Shown piece by piece: positions 1 through 15,937 of a stretch of 64,000 nucleotides of DNA. Made by a program: the position numbers and the translations under genes. The DNA is taken from the NCBI RefSeq assembly GCF_013315695.1, contig NZ_CP054353.1, one strand, 5' to 3'. Each line of letters opens with the position of its first letter. The stretch's first letter is position 1. The notes under the pieces were generated by a model, which did no database searches, had not been told where the DNA came from, and saw only the letters and a program-made list of their open reading frames with translations. The stretch is from Escherichia coli. GTDB taxonomy: Bacteria; Pseudomonadota; Gammaproteobacteria; Enterobacterales; Enterobacteriaceae.

Positions 1-1039
1 TGCCGTAATGGACGATGAAGCGAGTGCGAAACTTCTTAAAACGATGCTACAGCAACAGGGTAGCCGCACCGAAGTCTTAAGTGGGCAACAAGCCGCTTGC
101 GATATGGCAGCGCTTGAGGATGTTGATCAGGTGATGGCAGCCATTGTTGGCGCTGCTGGGCTGTTACCTACGCTTGCTGCGCTCCGCGCGGGTAAAACCA
201 TTTTGCTGGCCAATAAAGAATCACTGGTTACCTGCGGACGTCTGTTTATGGACGCCGTAAAGCAGAGCAAAGCGCAATTGTTACCGGTCGATAGCGAACA
301 TAACGCCATTTTTCAGAGTTTACCGCAACCTATCCAGCATAATCTGGGATACGCTGACCTTGAGCAAAATGGCGTGGTGTCCATTTTACTTACCGGGTCT
401 GGTGGCCCTTTCCGTGAGACGCCATTGCGCGATTTGGCAACAATGACGCCGGATCAAGCCTGCCGTCATCCGAACTGGTCGATGGGGCGTAAAATTTCTG
501 TCGATTCGGCTACCATGATGAATAAAGGTCTGGAATACATTGAAGCGCGTTGGCTGTTTAACGCCAGCGCCAGCCAGATGGAAGTGCTGATTCACCCGCA
601 GTCAGTGATTCACTCAATGGTGCGCTATCAGGACGGCAGTGTTCTGGCGCAGCTGGGGGAACCGGATATGCGTACGCCAATTGCCCACACCATGGCATGG
701 CCGAATCGCGTGAACTCTGGCGTGAAGCCGCTCGATTTTTGCAAACTAAGTGCGTTGACATTTGCCGCACCGGATTATGATCGTTATCCATGCCTGAAAC
801 TGGCGATGGAGGCGTTCGAACAAGGCCAGGCAGCGACGACAGCATTGAATGCCGCAAACGAAATCACCGTAGCTGCTTTTCTTGCGCAACAAATCCGCTT
901 TACTGATATCGCCGCGTTGAATTTATCCGTACTGGAAAAAATGGATATGCGCGAACCACAATGTGTGGATGATGTGTTATCTGTTGATGCGAACGCGCGT
1001 GAAGTCGCCAGAAAAGAGGTGATGCGTCTCGCAAGCTGA
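1..1039 (+). CDS. dxr: 1-deoxy-D-xylulose 5-phosphate reductoisomerase, 5-prime end cut by window edge
   Basis: ORF 8..1039 stays open in frame back to the window start; translation ends ...EVMRLAS as in Dxr; followed by uppS-cdsA. Confidence 0.95.
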
Positions 1040-1143
1040 GGATAATCCGGCTACAGAGAGTCGCGCTATTTGTTAGCGTAGGGCTTCAGTGATATAGTCT
1101 GCGCCATCTGATCGTAAGTAGTTGGCTTTATAAGGTCAGGTAT

Positions 1144-1169
1144 GCCGTGGTTTTACACGGCTTTTTTTT
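1144..1169 (+). terminator. Rho-independent terminator-like hairpin between dxr and uppS
   Basis: Stem gccgtg / cacggc with 6-nt loop, followed by a run of 8 T. Confidence 0.6.
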
Positions 1170-1224
1170 GTATAGGCTTCAGTATTCCTGAGTACCGTAA
1201 ACCCTGTCAGGGAATAAAAAACGC

Positions 1225-1986
1225 GTGATGTTGTCTGCTACTCAACCACTTAGCGAAAAATTGCCAGCGCATGGCTGCCGTCATGTTGCGATCATTATGG
1301 ACGGCAATGGTCGCTGGGCAAAAAAGCAAGGGAAGATTCGTGCCTTTGGGCATAAAGCCGGGGCAAAATCCGTCCGCCGGGCTGTCTCTTTTGCGGCCAA
1401 CAACGGTATTGAGGCGTTAACGCTGTATGCCTTTAGTAGTGAAAACTGGAACCGACCAGCGCAGGAAGTCAGTGCGTTAATGGAACTGTTTGTGTGGGCG
1501 CTCGATAGCGAAGTAAAAAGTCTGCACCGACATAACGTGCGTCTGCGTATTATTGGCGATACCAGTCGCTTTAACTCGCGTTTGCAAGAACGTATTCGTA
1601 AATCTGAAGCGCTAACAGCCGGGAATACCGGTCTGACGCTGAATATTGCGGCGAACTACGGTGGACGTTGGGATATAGTCCAGGGAGTCAGGCAACTGGC
1701 TGAAAAGGTGCAGCAAGGAAACCTGCAACCAGATCAGATAGATGAAGAGATGCTAAACCAGCATGTCTGTATGCATGAACTGGCCCCTGTAGATTTAGTA
1801 ATTAGGACTGGGGGAGAGCATCGCATTAGTAACTTTTTGCTTTGGCAAATTGCCTATGCCGAACTTTACTTTACAGATGTTCTCTGGCCCGATTTCGATG
1901 AACAAGACTTTGAAGGGGCGTTAAATGCCTTTGCTAATCGAGAGCGTCGTTTCGGCGGCACCGAGCCCGGTGATGAAACAGCCTGA
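1225..1986 (+). CDS. uppS: Undecaprenyl diphosphate synthase
   Basis: 253-aa ORF with GTG start, recognisable UppS sequence (MMLSATQPLSEK...); synteny. Confidence 0.95.
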   Translation: MMLSATQPLSEKLPAHGCRHVAIIMDGNGRWAKKQGKIRAFGHKAGAKSVRRAVSFAANNGIEALTLYAFSSENWNRPAQEVSALMELFVWALDSEVKSLHRHNVRLRIIGDTSRFNSRLQERIRKSEALTAGNTGLTLNIAANYGGRWDIVQGVRQLAEKVQQGNLQPDQIDEEMLNQHVCMHELAPVDLVIRTGGEHRISNFLLWQIAYAELYFTDVLWPDFDEQDFEGALNAFANRERRFGGTEPGDETA

Positions 1987-1998
1987 TGGGGGTCGCTT

Positions 1999-2856
1999 TT
2001 GCTGAAGTATCGCCTGATATCTGCTTTTGTGTTAATACCCGTCGTCATCGCGGCGTTGTTTCTGTTGCCGCCGGTGGGGTTCGCCATTGTAACGCTGGTG
2101 GTCTGCATGCTGGCAGCGTGGGAATGGGGACAGCTTAGCGGTTTTACCACTCGTGCGCAGCGAGTATGGTTGGCGGTGTTATGCGGGTTATTGTTGGCGC
2201 TGATGCTTTTTCTGTTGCCGGAATATCACCGAAATATTCATCAACCGCTGGTTGAAATCTCACTTTGGGCTTCGCTGGGTTGGTGGATTGTCGCGCTATT
2301 GCTGGTGCTGTTTTACCCAGGTTCCGCAGCAATCTGGCGTAACTCTAAAACATTGCGCATTATTTTTGGCGTGCTAACCATTGTTCCCTTCTTCTGGGGC
2401 ATGCTGGCGTTACGGGCCTGGCACTACGACGAGAATCATTACAGTGGCGCAATATGGCTGCTCTATGTCATGATCCTGGTATGGGGCGCTGACTCTGGCG
2501 CATATATGTTTGGCAAATTGTTTGGTAAACATAAGCTGGCACCGAAGGTTTCTCCGGGTAAAACCTGGCAAGGCTTTATCGGTGGACTCGCGACTGCAGC
2601 GGTAATCTCATGGGGTTATGGCATGTGGGCGAATCTCGACGTCGCTCCCGTCACCTTACTCATTTGCTCTATTGTCGCAGCGTTAGCCTCAGTGCTCGGC
2701 GATCTGACCGAAAGTATGTTTAAGCGTGAAGCAGGAATTAAGGACAGCGGTCATTTAATTCCAGGACACGGTGGTATTTTAGATCGTATTGATAGCCTGA
2801 CGGCTGCGGTACCGGTCTTTGCTTGCTTGTTGTTACTGGTATTCAGGACGCTTTAA
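1999..2856 (+). CDS. cdsA: CDP-diglyceride synthase (phosphatidate cytidylyltransferase)
   Basis: 285-aa polytopic membrane ORF with TTG start; synteny after uppS. Confidence 0.93.
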   Translation: MLKYRLISAFVLIPVVIAALFLLPPVGFAIVTLVVCMLAAWEWGQLSGFTTRAQRVWLAVLCGLLLALMLFLLPEYHRNIHQPLVEISLWASLGWWIVALLLVLFYPGSAAIWRNSKTLRIIFGVLTIVPFFWGMLALRAWHYDENHYSGAIWLLYVMILVWGADSGAYMFGKLFGKHKLAPKVSPGKTWQGFIGGLATAAVISWGYGMWANLDVAPVTLLICSIVAALASVLGDLTESMFKREAGIKDSGHLIPGHGGILDRIDSLTAAVPVFACLLLLVFRTL

Positions 2857-2867
2857 CGGAAGGTAAT

Positions 2868-4220
2868 ATGCTGAGTTTTCTCTGGGATTTGGCTTCGTTC
2901 ATCGTTGCACTGGGTGTACTTATCACCGTGCATGAATTTGGTCATTTCTGGGTTGCCCGGCGTTGTGGTGTTCGCGTTGAGCGTTTCTCAATAGGGTTTG
3001 GTAAGGCGCTCTGGCGGCGAACTGATAAGCTCGGCACCGAATATGTTATCGCCCTGATCCCGTTGGGCGGTTATGTCAAAATGCTGGATGAGCGCGCAGA
3101 ACCGGTCGTTCCGGAACTCCGCCACCATGCCTTCAATAATAAATCTGTCGGCCAACGAGCGGCGATTATTGCCGCAGGTCCGGTTGCAAACTTCATTTTT
3201 GCTATCTTTGCCTACTGGCTGGTTTTTATTATTGGTGTGCCTGGTGTACGTCCGGTGGTTGGCGAAATAGCAGCCAATTCGATAGCTGCGGAAGCACAAA
3301 TTGCACCAGGTACGGAACTAAAAGCCGTAGATGGTATCGAAACGCCTGATTGGGATGCCGTGCGTTTGCAGTTGGTCGATAAAATTGGCGATGAAAGCAC
3401 CACCATTACGGTAGCGCCATTTGGCAGCGACCAACGGCGGGATGTAAAGCTCGATTTACGTCACTGGGCGTTTGAGCCTGATAAAGAAGATCCGGTAACT
3501 TCGCTGGGGATTCGTCCTCGTGGGCCGCAAATTGAACCTGTACTGGAAAATGTGCAGCCAAACTCGGCGGCAAGCAAGGCAGGTTTGCAAGCAGGCGACA
3601 GGATCGTTAAAGTCGATGGTCAGCCCTTAACGCAGTGGGTGACCTTTGTGATGCTTGTCCGGGATAACCCGGGTAAATCCTTAGCGTTAGAAATCGAAAG
3701 GCAGGGGAATCCCTTGTCTTTGACATTAATCCCGGAGAGTAAACCGGGTAATGGTAAAGCGATTGGTTTTGTCGGTATTGAGCCGAGAGTCATTCCTTTG
3801 CCAGATGAGTATAAAGTTGTACGCCAGTATGGGCCGTTCAACGCCATTGTCGAAGCCACGGACAAAACGTGGCAGTTGATGAAGCTGACGGTCAGTATGC
3901 TGGGAAAATTGATCACCGGTGATGTGAAACTGAACAACCTCAGTGGGCCGATCTCTATCGCCAAGGGGGCTGGGATGACAGCGGAACTCGGGGTTGTTTA
4001 TTACCTGCCGTTTCTTGCGCTTATTAGCGTGAACTTAGGGATAATTAACCTGTTTCCGTTGCCCGTACTTGACGGGGGGCATCTGCTGTTCCTTGCGATC
4101 GAAAAGATCAAGGGCGGACCGGTATCCGAGCGGGTTCAAGACTTTTGTTATCGCATTGGCTCGATTCTGCTGGTGCTGTTAATGGGGCTTGCACTTTTCA
4201 ATGATTTCTCTCGGTTATGA
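2868..4220 (+). CDS. rseP: Site-2 protease of the sigma-E pathway (zinc metalloprotease)
   Basis: 450 aa from the ATG at 2868; HEFGHF zinc motif near N-terminus; the supplied ORF 2823..4220 carries a 15-codon upstream extension. Confidence 0.93.
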   Translation: MLSFLWDLASFIVALGVLITVHEFGHFWVARRCGVRVERFSIGFGKALWRRTDKLGTEYVIALIPLGGYVKMLDERAEPVVPELRHHAFNNKSVGQRAAIIAAGPVANFIFAIFAYWLVFIIGVPGVRPVVGEIAANSIAAEAQIAPGTELKAVDGIETPDWDAVRLQLVDKIGDESTTITVAPFGSDQRRDVKLDLRHWAFEPDKEDPVTSLGIRPRGPQIEPVLENVQPNSAASKAGLQAGDRIVKVDGQPLTQWVTFVMLVRDNPGKSLALEIERQGNPLSLTLIPESKPGNGKAIGFVGIEPRVIPLPDEYKVVRQYGPFNAIVEATDKTWQLMKLTVSMLGKLITGDVKLNNLSGPISIAKGAGMTAELGVVYYLPFLALISVNLGIINLFPLPVLDGGHLLFLAIEKIKGGPVSERVQDFCYRIGSILLVLLMGLALFNDFSRL

Positions 4221-4231
4221 GAGTTAGTTAG

Positions 4232-6682
<2,451 letters not shown>

Positions 6683-6803
6683 GTGTTCTCCACAAAGGAA
6701 TGTAGTGGTAGTGTAGCGATGACTTTAGGCGATCAATATAAGATCGCCGGGCCACGCAAAGAACTGCACCTTCCGGTGCAAATGGGATGGTAAGGAGTTT
6801 ATT

Positions 6804-7289
6804 GTGAAAAAGTGGTTATTAGCGGCAGGTCTCGGTTTAGCACTGGCAACTTCTGCTCAGGCGGCTGACAAAATTGCAATCGTCAATATGGGCAGCCTGT
6901 TCCAGCAGGTAGCGCAGAAAACCGGTGTTTCTAACACGCTGGAAAATGAGTTCAAAGGCCGTGCCAGCGAACTGCAGCGTATGGAAACCGATCTGCAGGC
7001 TAAAATGAAAAAGCTGCAGTCCATGAAAGCGGGCAGCGATCGCACTAAGCTGGAAAAAGACGTGATGGCTCAGCGCCAGACTTTTGCTCAGAAAGCGCAG
7101 GCTTTTGAGCAGGATCGCGCTCGTCGTTCCAACGAAGAACGTGGCAAACTGGTTACTCGTATCCAGACTGCTGTGAAATCCGTTGCCAACAGCCAGGATA
7201 TCGATCTGGTTGTTGATGCAAACGCCGTTGCTTACAACAGCAGCGATGTAAAAGACATCACTGCTGACGTACTGAAACAGGTTAAATAA
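6804..7289 (+). CDS. skp: Periplasmic chaperone Skp
   Basis: 161-aa ORF with GTG start and signal peptide; lies between bamA and lpxD. Confidence 0.95.
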   Translation: MKKWLLAAGLGLALATSAQAADKIAIVNMGSLFQQVAQKTGVSNTLENEFKGRASELQRMETDLQAKMKKLQSMKAGSDRTKLEKDVMAQRQTFAQKAQAFEQDRARRSNEERGKLVTRIQTAVKSVANSQDIDLVVDANAVAYNSSDVKDITADVLKQVK

Positions 7290-7292
7290 GTA

Positions 7293-8318
7293 ATGCCTTC
7301 AATTCGACTGGCTGATTTAGCGCAGCAGTTGGATGCAGAACTACACGGTGATGGCGATATCGTCATCACCGGCGTTGCGTCCATGCAATCTGCACAAACA
7401 GGTCACATTACGTTCATGGTTAACCCAAAATACCGTGAGCATTTAGGCTTGTGCCAGGCGTCCGCGGTTGTCATGACCCAGGACGATCTTCCTTTCGCGA
7501 AAAGTGCCGCGCTGGTAGTGAAGAATCCCTACCTGACTTACGCGCGCATGGCGCAAATTTTAGATACCACGCCGCAGCCCGCGCAGAACATTGCACCCAG
7601 TGCAGTGATTGACGCGACGGCGAAGCTGGGTAACAACGTCTCAATTGGCGCTAACGCGGTGATTGAGTCCGGCGTTGAACTGGGCGATAACGTGATTATC
7701 GGTGCCGGTTGCTTCGTAGGTAAAAACAGCAAAATCGGTGCAGGTTCGCGTCTCTGGGCGAACGTAACCATTTACCATGAGATCCAGATCGGTCAGAATT
7801 GCCTGATCCAGTCCGGAACAGTGGTAGGCGCAGACGGCTTTGGTTATGCCAACGATCGTGGTAACTGGGTGAAGATCCCGCAGATAGGTCGCGTAATTAT
7901 TGGCGATCGCGTGGAGATCGGCGCATGTACTACCATCGATCGCGGTGCGCTGGATGACACTGTTATTGGCAATGGTGTGATCATTGATAACCAGTGCCAG
8001 ATTGCACATAACGTCGTGATTGGCGACAATACGGCAGTTGCCGGTGGCGTCATTATGGCGGGCAGCCTGAAAATTGGTCGTTACTGCATGATCGGCGGAG
8101 CCAGCGTAATCAACGGGCATATGGAAATATGCGACAAAGTGACGGTTACGGGCATGGGTATGGTGATGCGTCCCATCACTGAACCAGGCGTCTATTCCTC
8201 AGGCATTCCGCTGCAACCCAACAAAGTCTGGCGCAAAACCGCTGCACTGGTGATGAACATTGATGACATGAGCAAGCGTCTGAAATCGCTTGAGCGCAAG
8301 GTTAATCAACAAGACTAA
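7293..8318 (+). CDS. lpxD: UDP-3-O-(3-hydroxymyristoyl)glucosamine N-acyltransferase
   Basis: 341-aa ORF with left-handed beta-helix hexapeptide repeats; synteny. Confidence 0.95.
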
Positions 8319-8422
8319 CGTTCCATCTTTTGTTCGCCAAACTTTACGGCCTGTCTCATTCTTACGATTGCGGCAGGCCGTGTTATTATTGTCGTTTCTT
8401 ATATTTTGACAGGAAGAGTATC

Positions 8423-8878
8423 TTGACTACTAACACTCATACTCTGCAGATTGAAGAGATTTTAGAACTTCTGCCGCACCGTTTCCCGTTCTTACTGGTG
8501 GATCGCGTGCTGGATTTTGAAGAAGGTCGTTTTCTGCGCGCAGTAAAAAATGTCTCTGTCAATGAGCCATTCTTCCAGGGCCATTTCCCTGGAAAACCGA
8601 TTTTCCCGGGTGTGCTGATTCTGGAAGCAATGGCACAGGCAACAGGTATTCTGGCGTTTAAAAGCGTAGGAAAACTGGAACCGGGTGAGCTGTACTACTT
8701 CGCCGGTATTGACGAAGCGCGCTTTAAGCGCCCGGTCGTGCCTGGCGATCAAATGATCATGGAAGTCACTTTCGAAAAAACGCGCCGCGGCCTGACCCGT
8801 TTTAAAGGGGTTGCTCTGGTCGACGGTAAAGTAGTTTGCGAAGCAACGATGATGTGTGCTCGTAGCCGGGAGGCCTGA
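8423..8878 (+). CDS. fabZ: 3-hydroxyacyl-ACP dehydratase FabZ
   Basis: 151 aa from the TTG at 8423 ([14 protein letters not shown]...); the supplied ORF 8330..8878 carries an upstream extension. Confidence 0.9.
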
Positions 8879-8881
8879 TAC

Positions 8882-9670
8882 GTGATTGATAAATCCGCCT
8901 TTGTGCATCCAACCGCCATTGTGGAAGAGGGCGCGTCGATTGGCGCGAACGCTCACATTGGTCCTTTTTGTATCGTTGGACCCCATGTCGAAATTGGTGA
9001 GGGTACCGTACTGAAATCTCACGTTGTCGTGAATGGTCATACTAAAATTGGCCGCGATAATGAGATTTATCAGTTCGCCTCCATCGGCGAAGTTAACCAG
9101 GATCTGAAATATGCTGGCGAACCGACCCGCGTGGAAATCGGCGATCGTAACCGCATTCGCGAAAGCGTCACCATTCATCGTGGCACAGTCCAGGGCGGTG
9201 GATTGACGAAGGTGGGCAGCGACAACTTACTGATGATCAATGCGCACATTGCGCACGATTGTACGGTAGGTAACCGCTGCATCCTCGCCAACAACGCAAC
9301 GCTGGCGGGTCACGTATCGGTTGACGACTTCGCGATCATCGGCGGCATGACCGCAGTCCATCAGTTCTGCATCATTGGTGCGCATGTGATGGTTGGCGGC
9401 TGCTCCGGTGTGGCGCAGGACGTCCCTCCTTATGTCATTGCGCAGGGTAACCACGCAACGCCGTTCGGTGTCAATATCGAAGGGCTGAAGCGCCGCGGAT
9501 TCAGCCGTGAGGCGATTACCGCTATCCGCAATGCGTATAAGCTGATTTATCGTAGCGGTAAAACGCTCGATGAAGTGAAACCGGAAATTGCTGAACTGGC
9601 GGAAACATATCCGGAAGTGAAAGCCTTTACCGATTTCTTTGCACGCTCAACGCGCGGTCTGATTCGTTAA
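8882..9670 (+). CDS. lpxA: UDP-N-acetylglucosamine acyltransferase
   Basis: 262-aa ORF with GTG start and hexapeptide repeats; synteny. Confidence 0.95.
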
Positions 9671-10818
9671 TGACTGAACAGCGTCCATTAACGATTGCCC
9701 TGGTCGCCGGAGAAACCTCCGGCGATATCCTGGGGGCCGGTTTAATCCGTGCTCTGAAAGAACGTGTGCCCAATGCCCGCTTTGTTGGTGTTGCCGGGCC
9801 ACGAATGCAAGCCGAAGGCTGCGAAGCCTGGTACGAAATGGAAGAGCTGGCGGTGATGGGCATTGTTGAAGTGCTCGGGCGTCTGCGTCGCTTACTGCAT
9901 ATTCGTGCCGATCTGACAAAGCGTTTTGGCGAACTGAAGCCAGATGTTTTTGTCGGTATTGATGCGCCAGACTTCAATATTACTCTTGAAGGTAACCTCA
10001 AAAAGCAGGGTGTCAAAACCATTCATTACGTTAGTCCGTCCGTCTGGGCGTGGCGACAGAAACGCGTTTTCAAAATAGGCAGAGCCACCGATCTGGTGCT
10101 CGCATTTCTGCCTTTCGAAAAGGCGTTTTATGACAAATACAACGTACCGTGCCGCTTTATCGGTCATACCATGGCTGATGCCATGCCATTAGATCCAGAT
10201 AAAAATGGTGCCCGTGATGTGCTGGGTATCCCTTACGATGCCCACTGTCTGGCATTGTTGCCGGGCAGCCGTGGTGCAGAAGTCGAAATGCTTAGTGCCG
10301 ATTTCCTGAAAACGGCCCAGCTTTTGCGTCAGACATATCCCGATCTCGAGATCGTGGTGCCGCTGGTGAATGCCAAACGCCGCGAGCAGTTTGAGCGTAT
10401 CAAAGCTGAAGTCGCACCGGACCTTGCTGTTCATCTGCTGGATGGAATGGGCCGTGAGGCGATGGTCGCCAGTGATGCGGCGCTACTGGCGTCGGGTACG
10501 GCAGCCCTGGAGTGCATGCTGGCGAAATGCCCGATGGTGGTGGGATATCGCATGAAGCCTTTTACCTTCTGGCTGGCGAAGCGGCTGGTGAAAACCGAGT
10601 ATGTCTCGCTGCCAAATTTGCTGGCGGGCAGAGAGTTAGTCAAAGAGTTATTGCAGGAAGAGTGTGAGCCGCAAAAACTGGCTGCGGCGCTGTTACCGCT
10701 GTTGGCGAACGGGAAAACCAGTCACGCGATGCACGATACCTTCCGTGAACTGCATCAGCAGATCCGCTGCAATGCCGATGAGCAGGCGGCACAAGCCGTT
10801 CTGGAGTTAGCACAATGA
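9670..10818 (+). CDS. lpxB: Lipid-A-disaccharide synthase
   Basis: 382-aa ORF; its start overlaps the lpxA stop. Confidence 0.95.
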
Positions 10819-11411
10819 TCGAATTTGTTTATCCACACACGCAGCTGGTTGCGGGTGTGGATGAAGTTGGACGCGGGCCGTTGGTTGGCGCGGTGGTTAC
10901 CGCTGCTGTAATCCTTGACCCGGCGCGCCCAATTGCCGGGCTGAATGATTCCAAAAAGCTGAGCGAAAAACGCCGTCTGGCGCTCTGTGAAGAGATCAAA
11001 GAGAAAGCGTTGAGCTGGAGTCTGGGCCGCGCGGAACCTCACGAAATCGACGAACTGAATATTTTACATGCGACCATGCTGGCGATGCAGCGTGCCGTCG
11101 CTGGACTGCATATTGCGCCGGAATATGTGTTGATTGATGGTAACCGCTGCCCGAAATTACCGATGCCTTCGATGGCTGTGGTGAAAGGCGATAGCCGCGT
11201 ACCGGAAATCAGTGCCGCGTCTATCCTGGCGAAAGTGACGCGTGACGCCGAAATGGCGGCGCTGGATATTGTTTTCCCGCAATATGGTTTTGCCCAACAC
11301 AAAGGGTATCCAACCGCTTTTCATCTGGAAAAACTGGCTGAACACGGCGCGACCGAACACCATCGGCGCAGCTTTGGGCCTGTCAAACGCGCACTGGGAC
11401 TTGCGTCCTGA
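10815..11411 (+). CDS. rnhB: Ribonuclease HII
   Basis: 198-aa ORF overlapping the lpxB stop by 4 nt. Confidence 0.95.
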
Positions 11412-11447
11412 TTCTTGTGTCGAGATTAAGTAAACCGGAATCTGAAG

Positions 11448-14400
11448 ATGTCTGAACCACGTTTCGTACACCTGCGGGTGCACAGCGACTACTCGATGAT
11501 CGATGGCCTGGCCAAAACCGCACCGCTGGTAAAAAAGGCGGCGGCGTTGGGTATGCCAGCACTGGCGATCACCGATTTCACCAACCTTTGCGGTCTGGTG
11601 AAGTTCTACGGAGCGGGACATGGCGCAGGGATTAAGCCCATCGTCGGGGCGGATTTTAACGTCCAGTGCGACCTGCTGGGTGATGAGTTAACCCACCTGA
11701 CGGTGCTGGCGGCGAACAATACCGGCTATCAGAATCTGACGTTGCTGATCTCAAAAGCGTATCAGCGCGGGTACGGTGCCGCCGGGCCGATCATCGATCG
11801 CGACTGGCTTATCGAATTAAATGAAGGGTTGATCCTTCTTTCCGGCGGGCGCATGGGCGACGTTGGACGCAGTCTTTTGCGTGGTAACAGCGCGCTGGTA
11901 GATGAGTGTGTCGCGTTTTATGAAGAACACTTCCCGGATCGCTATTTTCTCGAGCTGATCCGCACCGGCAGGCCGGACGAAGAAAGCTATCTGCACGCGG
12001 CGGTGGAACTGGCGGAAGCGCGCGGTCTACCCGTCGTGGCGACCAACGACGTGCGCTTTATCGACAGCAGCGACTTTGACGCACACGAAATCCGCGTCGC
12101 GATCCACGACGGCTTTACCCTCGACGATCCTAAACGCCCGCGTAACTATTCGCCGCAACAATATATGCGTAGCGAAGAGGAGATGTGTGAGCTGTTTGCC
12201 GACATCCCCGAAGCCCTTGCCAACACCGTTGAGATCGCCAAACGCTGTAACGTGACCGTGCGCCTTGGTGAATACTTCCTGCCGCAGTTCCCGACCGGGG
12301 ACATGAGCACCGAAGATTATCTGGTCAAGCGTGCAAAAGAAGGCCTGGAAGAGCGTCTGGCCTTTTTATTCCCTGACGAGGAAGAACGTGTTAAGCGCCG
12401 CCCGGAATATGACGAACGTCTGGAGACTGAACTTCAGGTTATCAACCAGATGGGCTTCCCGGGCTACTTCCTCATCGTTATGGAATTTATCCAGTGGTCG
12501 AAAGATAACGGCGTACCGGTAGGGCCAGGCCGTGGCTCCGGTGCGGGTTCACTGGTGGCCTACGCGCTGAAAATCACCGACCTCGATCCGCTGGAATTTG
12601 ACCTGCTGTTCGAACGTTTCCTTAACCCGGAACGTGTCTCCATGCCTGACTTCGACGTTGACTTCTGTATGGAGAAACGCGACCAGGTTATCGAGCACGT
12701 AGCGGACATGTACGGTCGTGATGCGGTATCGCAGATTATCACCTTCGGTACGATGGCGGCGAAAGCGGTGATCCGCGACGTAGGCCGCGTGCTGGGGCAT
12801 CCGTACGGCTTTGTCGACCGTATCTCGAAACTGATCCCGCCCGATCCGGGGATGACGCTGGCGAAAGCGTTTGAAGCCGAGCCGCAGCTGCCGGAAATCT
12901 ACGAAGCGGATGAAGAAGTTAAGGCGCTGATCGACATGGCGCGCAAACTGGAAGGGGTCACCCGTAACGCCGGTAAGCACGCCGGTGGGGTGGTTATCGC
13001 GCCGACCAAAATTACTGATTTTGCGCCGCTTTATTGCGATGAAGAGGGCAAACATCCGGTCACCCAGTTTGATAAAAGCGACGTTGAATACGCCGGGCTG
13101 GTGAAGTTCGACTTCCTCGGTTTGCGTACGCTCACCATCATCAACTGGGCGCTGGAGATGATCAACAAGCGGCGGGCGAAGAATGGCGAGCCGCCTCTGG
13201 ATATCGCCGCGATCCCGCTGGATGACAAGAAAAGCTTCGACATGCTGCAACGCTCGGAAACCACGGCGGTATTCCAGCTTGAATCGCGCGGCATGAAGGA
13301 CCTGATCAAGCGTCTGCAACCTGACTGCTTCGAAGATATGATCGCACTGGTGGCACTGTTTCGCCCCGGTCCGTTGCAATCAGGGATGGTGGATAACTTT
13401 ATCGACCGTAAACATGGTCGCGAAGAGATCTCCTATCCGGACGTGCAGTGGCAGCATGAAAGCCTGAAACCGGTACTGGAGCCAACCTACGGCATCATCC
13501 TGTATCAGGAACAGGTCATGCAGATTGCCCAGGTGCTTTCTGGTTATACCCTCGGTGGCGCGGATATGCTGCGTCGTGCGATGGGTAAGAAAAAGCCGGA
13601 AGAGATGGCTAAGCAGCGTTCTGTATTTGCTGAAGGTGCAGAAAAGAACGGAATCAACGCCGAACTGGCGATGAAAATCTTCGACCTGGTGGAGAAATTC
13701 GCGGGTTACGGATTTAACAAATCGCACTCTGCGGCCTATGCTTTGGTGTCATATCAAACGTTATGGCTGAAAGCGCACTATCCGGCGGAGTTTATGGCGG
13801 CGGTAATGACCGCCGATATGGACAATACCGAGAAGGTGGTGGGCCTGGTGGATGAGTGCTGGCGGATGGGGCTGAAAATCCTACCGCCGGATATAAACTC
13901 CGGTCTTTACCATTTCCACGTCAACGACGACGGCGAAATCGTGTATGGTATTGGCGCGATCAAAGGGGTAGGTGAAGGTCCGATTGAGGCGATCATTGAA
14001 GCCCGTAATAAAGGCGGCTATTTCCGTGAATTGTTTGATCTCTGCGCCCGTACAGACACCAAAAAGTTAAACCGGCGAGTGCTGGAAAAACTGATCATGT
14101 CCGGGGCGTTTGACCGTCTTGGGCCACACCGCGCGGCGCTGATGAACTCGCTGGGCGATGCGTTAAAGGCGGCTGATCAACACGCGAAAGCAGAAGCCAT
14201 CGGTCAGGCCGATATGTTCGGCGTGCTGGCAGAAGAGCCGGAACAAATTGAACAATCCTACGCCAGTTGCCAACCGTGGCCGGAGCAGGTGGTATTAGAT
14301 GGGGAACGTGAAACGTTAGGTCTGTACCTGACGGGACACCCTATCAACCAGTATTTAAAAGAGATTGAGCGTTATGTCGGAGGCGTAAGGCTGAAAGACA

Positions 14401-14930
14401 TGCACCCGACAGAACGTGGTAAAGTCATCACGGCTGCGGGGCTCGTTGTTGCCGCGCGGGTTATGGTCACCAAGCGCGGCAATCGTATCGGTATCTGCAC
14501 GCTGGATGACCGTTCCGGGCGGCTGGAAGTGATGTTGTTTACTGACGCCCTGGATAAATACCAGCAATTGCTGGAAAAAGACCGCATACTTATCGTCAGC
14601 GGACAGGTCAGCTTTGATGACTTCAGCGGTGGGCTTAAAATGACCGCTCGCGAAGTGATGGATATTGACGAAGCCCGGGAAAAATATGCTCGCGGGCTTG
14701 CTATCTCGCTGACGGACAGGCAAATTGATGACCAGCTTTTAAACCGACTCCGTCAGTCTCTGGAACCCCACCGCTCTGGGACAATTCCAGTACATCTCTA
14801 CTATCAGAGGGCGGATGCACGCGCGCGGTTGCGTTTTGGCGCGACGTGGCGTGTCTCTCCGAGCGATCGTTTATTAAACGATCTCCGTGGCCTCATTGGT
14901 TCGGAGCAGGTGGAACTGGAGTTTGACTAA
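11448..14930 (+). CDS. dnaE: DNA polymerase III alpha subunit
   Basis: 1160-aa ORF with PHP and polymerase domains; synteny. Confidence 0.97.
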   Translation: MSEPRFVHLRVHSDYSMIDGLAKTAPLVKKAAALGMPALAITDFTNLCGLVKFYGAGHGAGIKPIVGADFNVQCDLLGDELTHLTVLAANNTGYQNLTLLISKAYQRGYGAAGPIIDRDWLIELNEGLILLSGGRMGDVGRSLLRGNSALVDECVAFYEEHFPDRYFLELIRTGRPDEESYLHAAVELAEARGLPVVATNDVRFIDSSDFDAHEIRVAIHDGFTLDDPKRPRNYSPQQYMRSEEEMCELFADIPEALANTVEIAKRCNVTVRLGEYFLPQFPTGDMSTEDYLVKRAKEGLEERLAFLFPDEEERVKRRPEYDERLETELQVINQMGFPGYFLIVMEFIQWSKDNGVPVGPGRGSGAGSLVAYALKITDLDPLEFDLLFERFLNPERVSMPDFDVDFCMEKRDQVIEHVADMYGRDAVSQIITFGTMAAKAVIRDVGRVLGHPYGFVDRISKLIPPDPGMTLAKAFEAEPQLPEIYEADEEVKALIDMARKLEGVTRNAGKHAGGVVIAPTKITDFAPLYCDEEGKHPVTQFDKSDVEYAGLVKFDFLGLRTLTIINWALEMINKRRAKNGEPPLDIAAIPLDDKKSFDMLQRSETTAVFQLESRGMKDLIKRLQPDCFEDMIALVALFRPGPLQSGMVDNFIDRKHGREEISYPDVQWQHESLKPVLEPTYGIILYQEQVMQIAQVLSGYTLGGADMLRRAMGKKKPEEMAKQRSVFAEGAEKNGINAELAMKIFDLVEKFAGYGFNKSHSAAYALVSYQTLWLKAHYPAEFMAAVMTADMDNTEKVVGLVDECWRMGLKILPPDINSGLYHFHVNDDGEIVYGIGAIKGVGEGPIEAIIEARNKGGYFRELFDLCARTDTKKLNRRVLEKLIMSGAFDRLGPHRAALMNSLGDALKAADQHAKAEAIGQADMFGVLAEEPEQIEQSYASCQPWPEQVVLDGERETLGLYLTGHPINQYLKEIERYVGGVRLKDMHPTERGKVITAAGLVVAARVMVTKRGNRIGICTLDDRSGRLEVMLFTDALDKYQQLLEKDRILIVSGQVSFDDFSGGLKMTAREVMDIDEAREKYARGLAISLTDRQIDDQLLNRLRQSLEPHRSGTIPVHLYYQRADARARLRFGATWRVSPSDRLLNDLRGLIGSEQVELEFD

Positions 14931-14942
14931 TACAGGAATACT

Positions 14943-15902
14943 ATGAGTCTGAATTTCCTTGATTTTGAACAGCCGATTGCAGAGCTGGAAGCGAAAATCG
15001 ATTCTCTGACTGCGGTTAGCCGTCAGGATGAGAAACTGGATATTAACATCGATGAAGAAGTGCATCGTCTGCGTGAAAAAAGCGTAGAACTGACGCGTAA
15101 AATCTTCGCCGATCTCGGTGCATGGCAGATTGCGCAACTGGCACGCCATCCACAGCGTCCTTATACCCTGGATTACGTTCGCCTGGCATTTGATGAATTT
15201 GACGAACTGGCTGGCGACCGCGCGTATGCAGACGATAAAGCTATCGTCGGTGGCATCGCCCGTCTCGATGGTCGTCCGGTGATGATCATTGGTCATCAAA
15301 AAGGTCGTGAAACCAAAGAAAAAATTCGCCGTAACTTTGGTATGCCAGCGCCAGAAGGTTACCGCAAAGCACTGCGTCTGATGCAAATGGCTGAACGCTT
15401 TAAGATGCCAATCATCACCTTTATCGACACCCCGGGGGCTTATCCGGGCGTGGGCGCAGAAGAACGCGGTCAGTCTGAAGCCATTGCACGCAACCTGCGT
15501 GAAATGTCTCGCCTTAGCGTACCGACTATTTGTACCGTTATCGGTGAAGGTGGTTCTGGCGGCGCGCTGGCGATTGGCGTGGGCGATAAAGTGAATATGC
15601 TGCAATACAGCACCTATTCCGTTATCTCGCCGGAAGGTTGTGCGTCCATTCTGTGGAAGAGCGCCGACAAAGCGCCGCTGGCGGCTGAAGCGATGGGTAT
15701 CATCGCTCCGCGTCTGAAAGAGCTGAAACTGATCGACTCCATCATCCCGGAACCGCTGGGCGGCGCTCATCGTAACCCGGAAGCGATGGCGGCATCGTTG
15801 AAAGCGCAACTGCTGGCGGATCTGGCCGATCTCGACGTGTTAAGCACTGAAGATTTAAAAAATCGTCGTTATCAGCGCCTGATGAGCTACGGTTACGCGT
15901 AA
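14943..15902 (+). CDS. accA: Acetyl-CoA carboxylase carboxyltransferase alpha subunit
   Basis: 319-aa ORF; synteny after dnaE. Confidence 0.96.
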
Positions 15903-15926
15903 TTCGCAAAAGTTCTGAAAAAGGGT

Positions 15927-15937
15927 CACTTCGGTGG
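15927..15937. repeat. Left copy of the 11-bp target-site duplication flanking IS4 (cacttcggtgg)
   Basis: Identical 11-mer immediately precedes the IS4 left end and immediately follows its right end. Confidence 0.85.

Noticed and set aside
8330-8422. N-terminal extensions in the supplied ORF track (fabZ shown here; also rseP, proS, rnhA, fadE, gmhA, yafJ, yafL)
   Set aside because: The ORF track reports the longest open frames; I recalled the conserved starts from memory and placed them downstream, so the extensions are not evidence of novel N-termini.
12549-13379. 276-aa ORF on the minus strand
   Set aside because: Antisense to dnaE; Arg/His-rich, low-complexity translation typical of a spurious frame.
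14874-15809. 311-aa ORF on the minus strand
   Set aside because: Lies entirely antisense to accA; a long antisense open frame is expected opposite a conserved, codon-biased gene. No independent start or ribosome-binding-site context.
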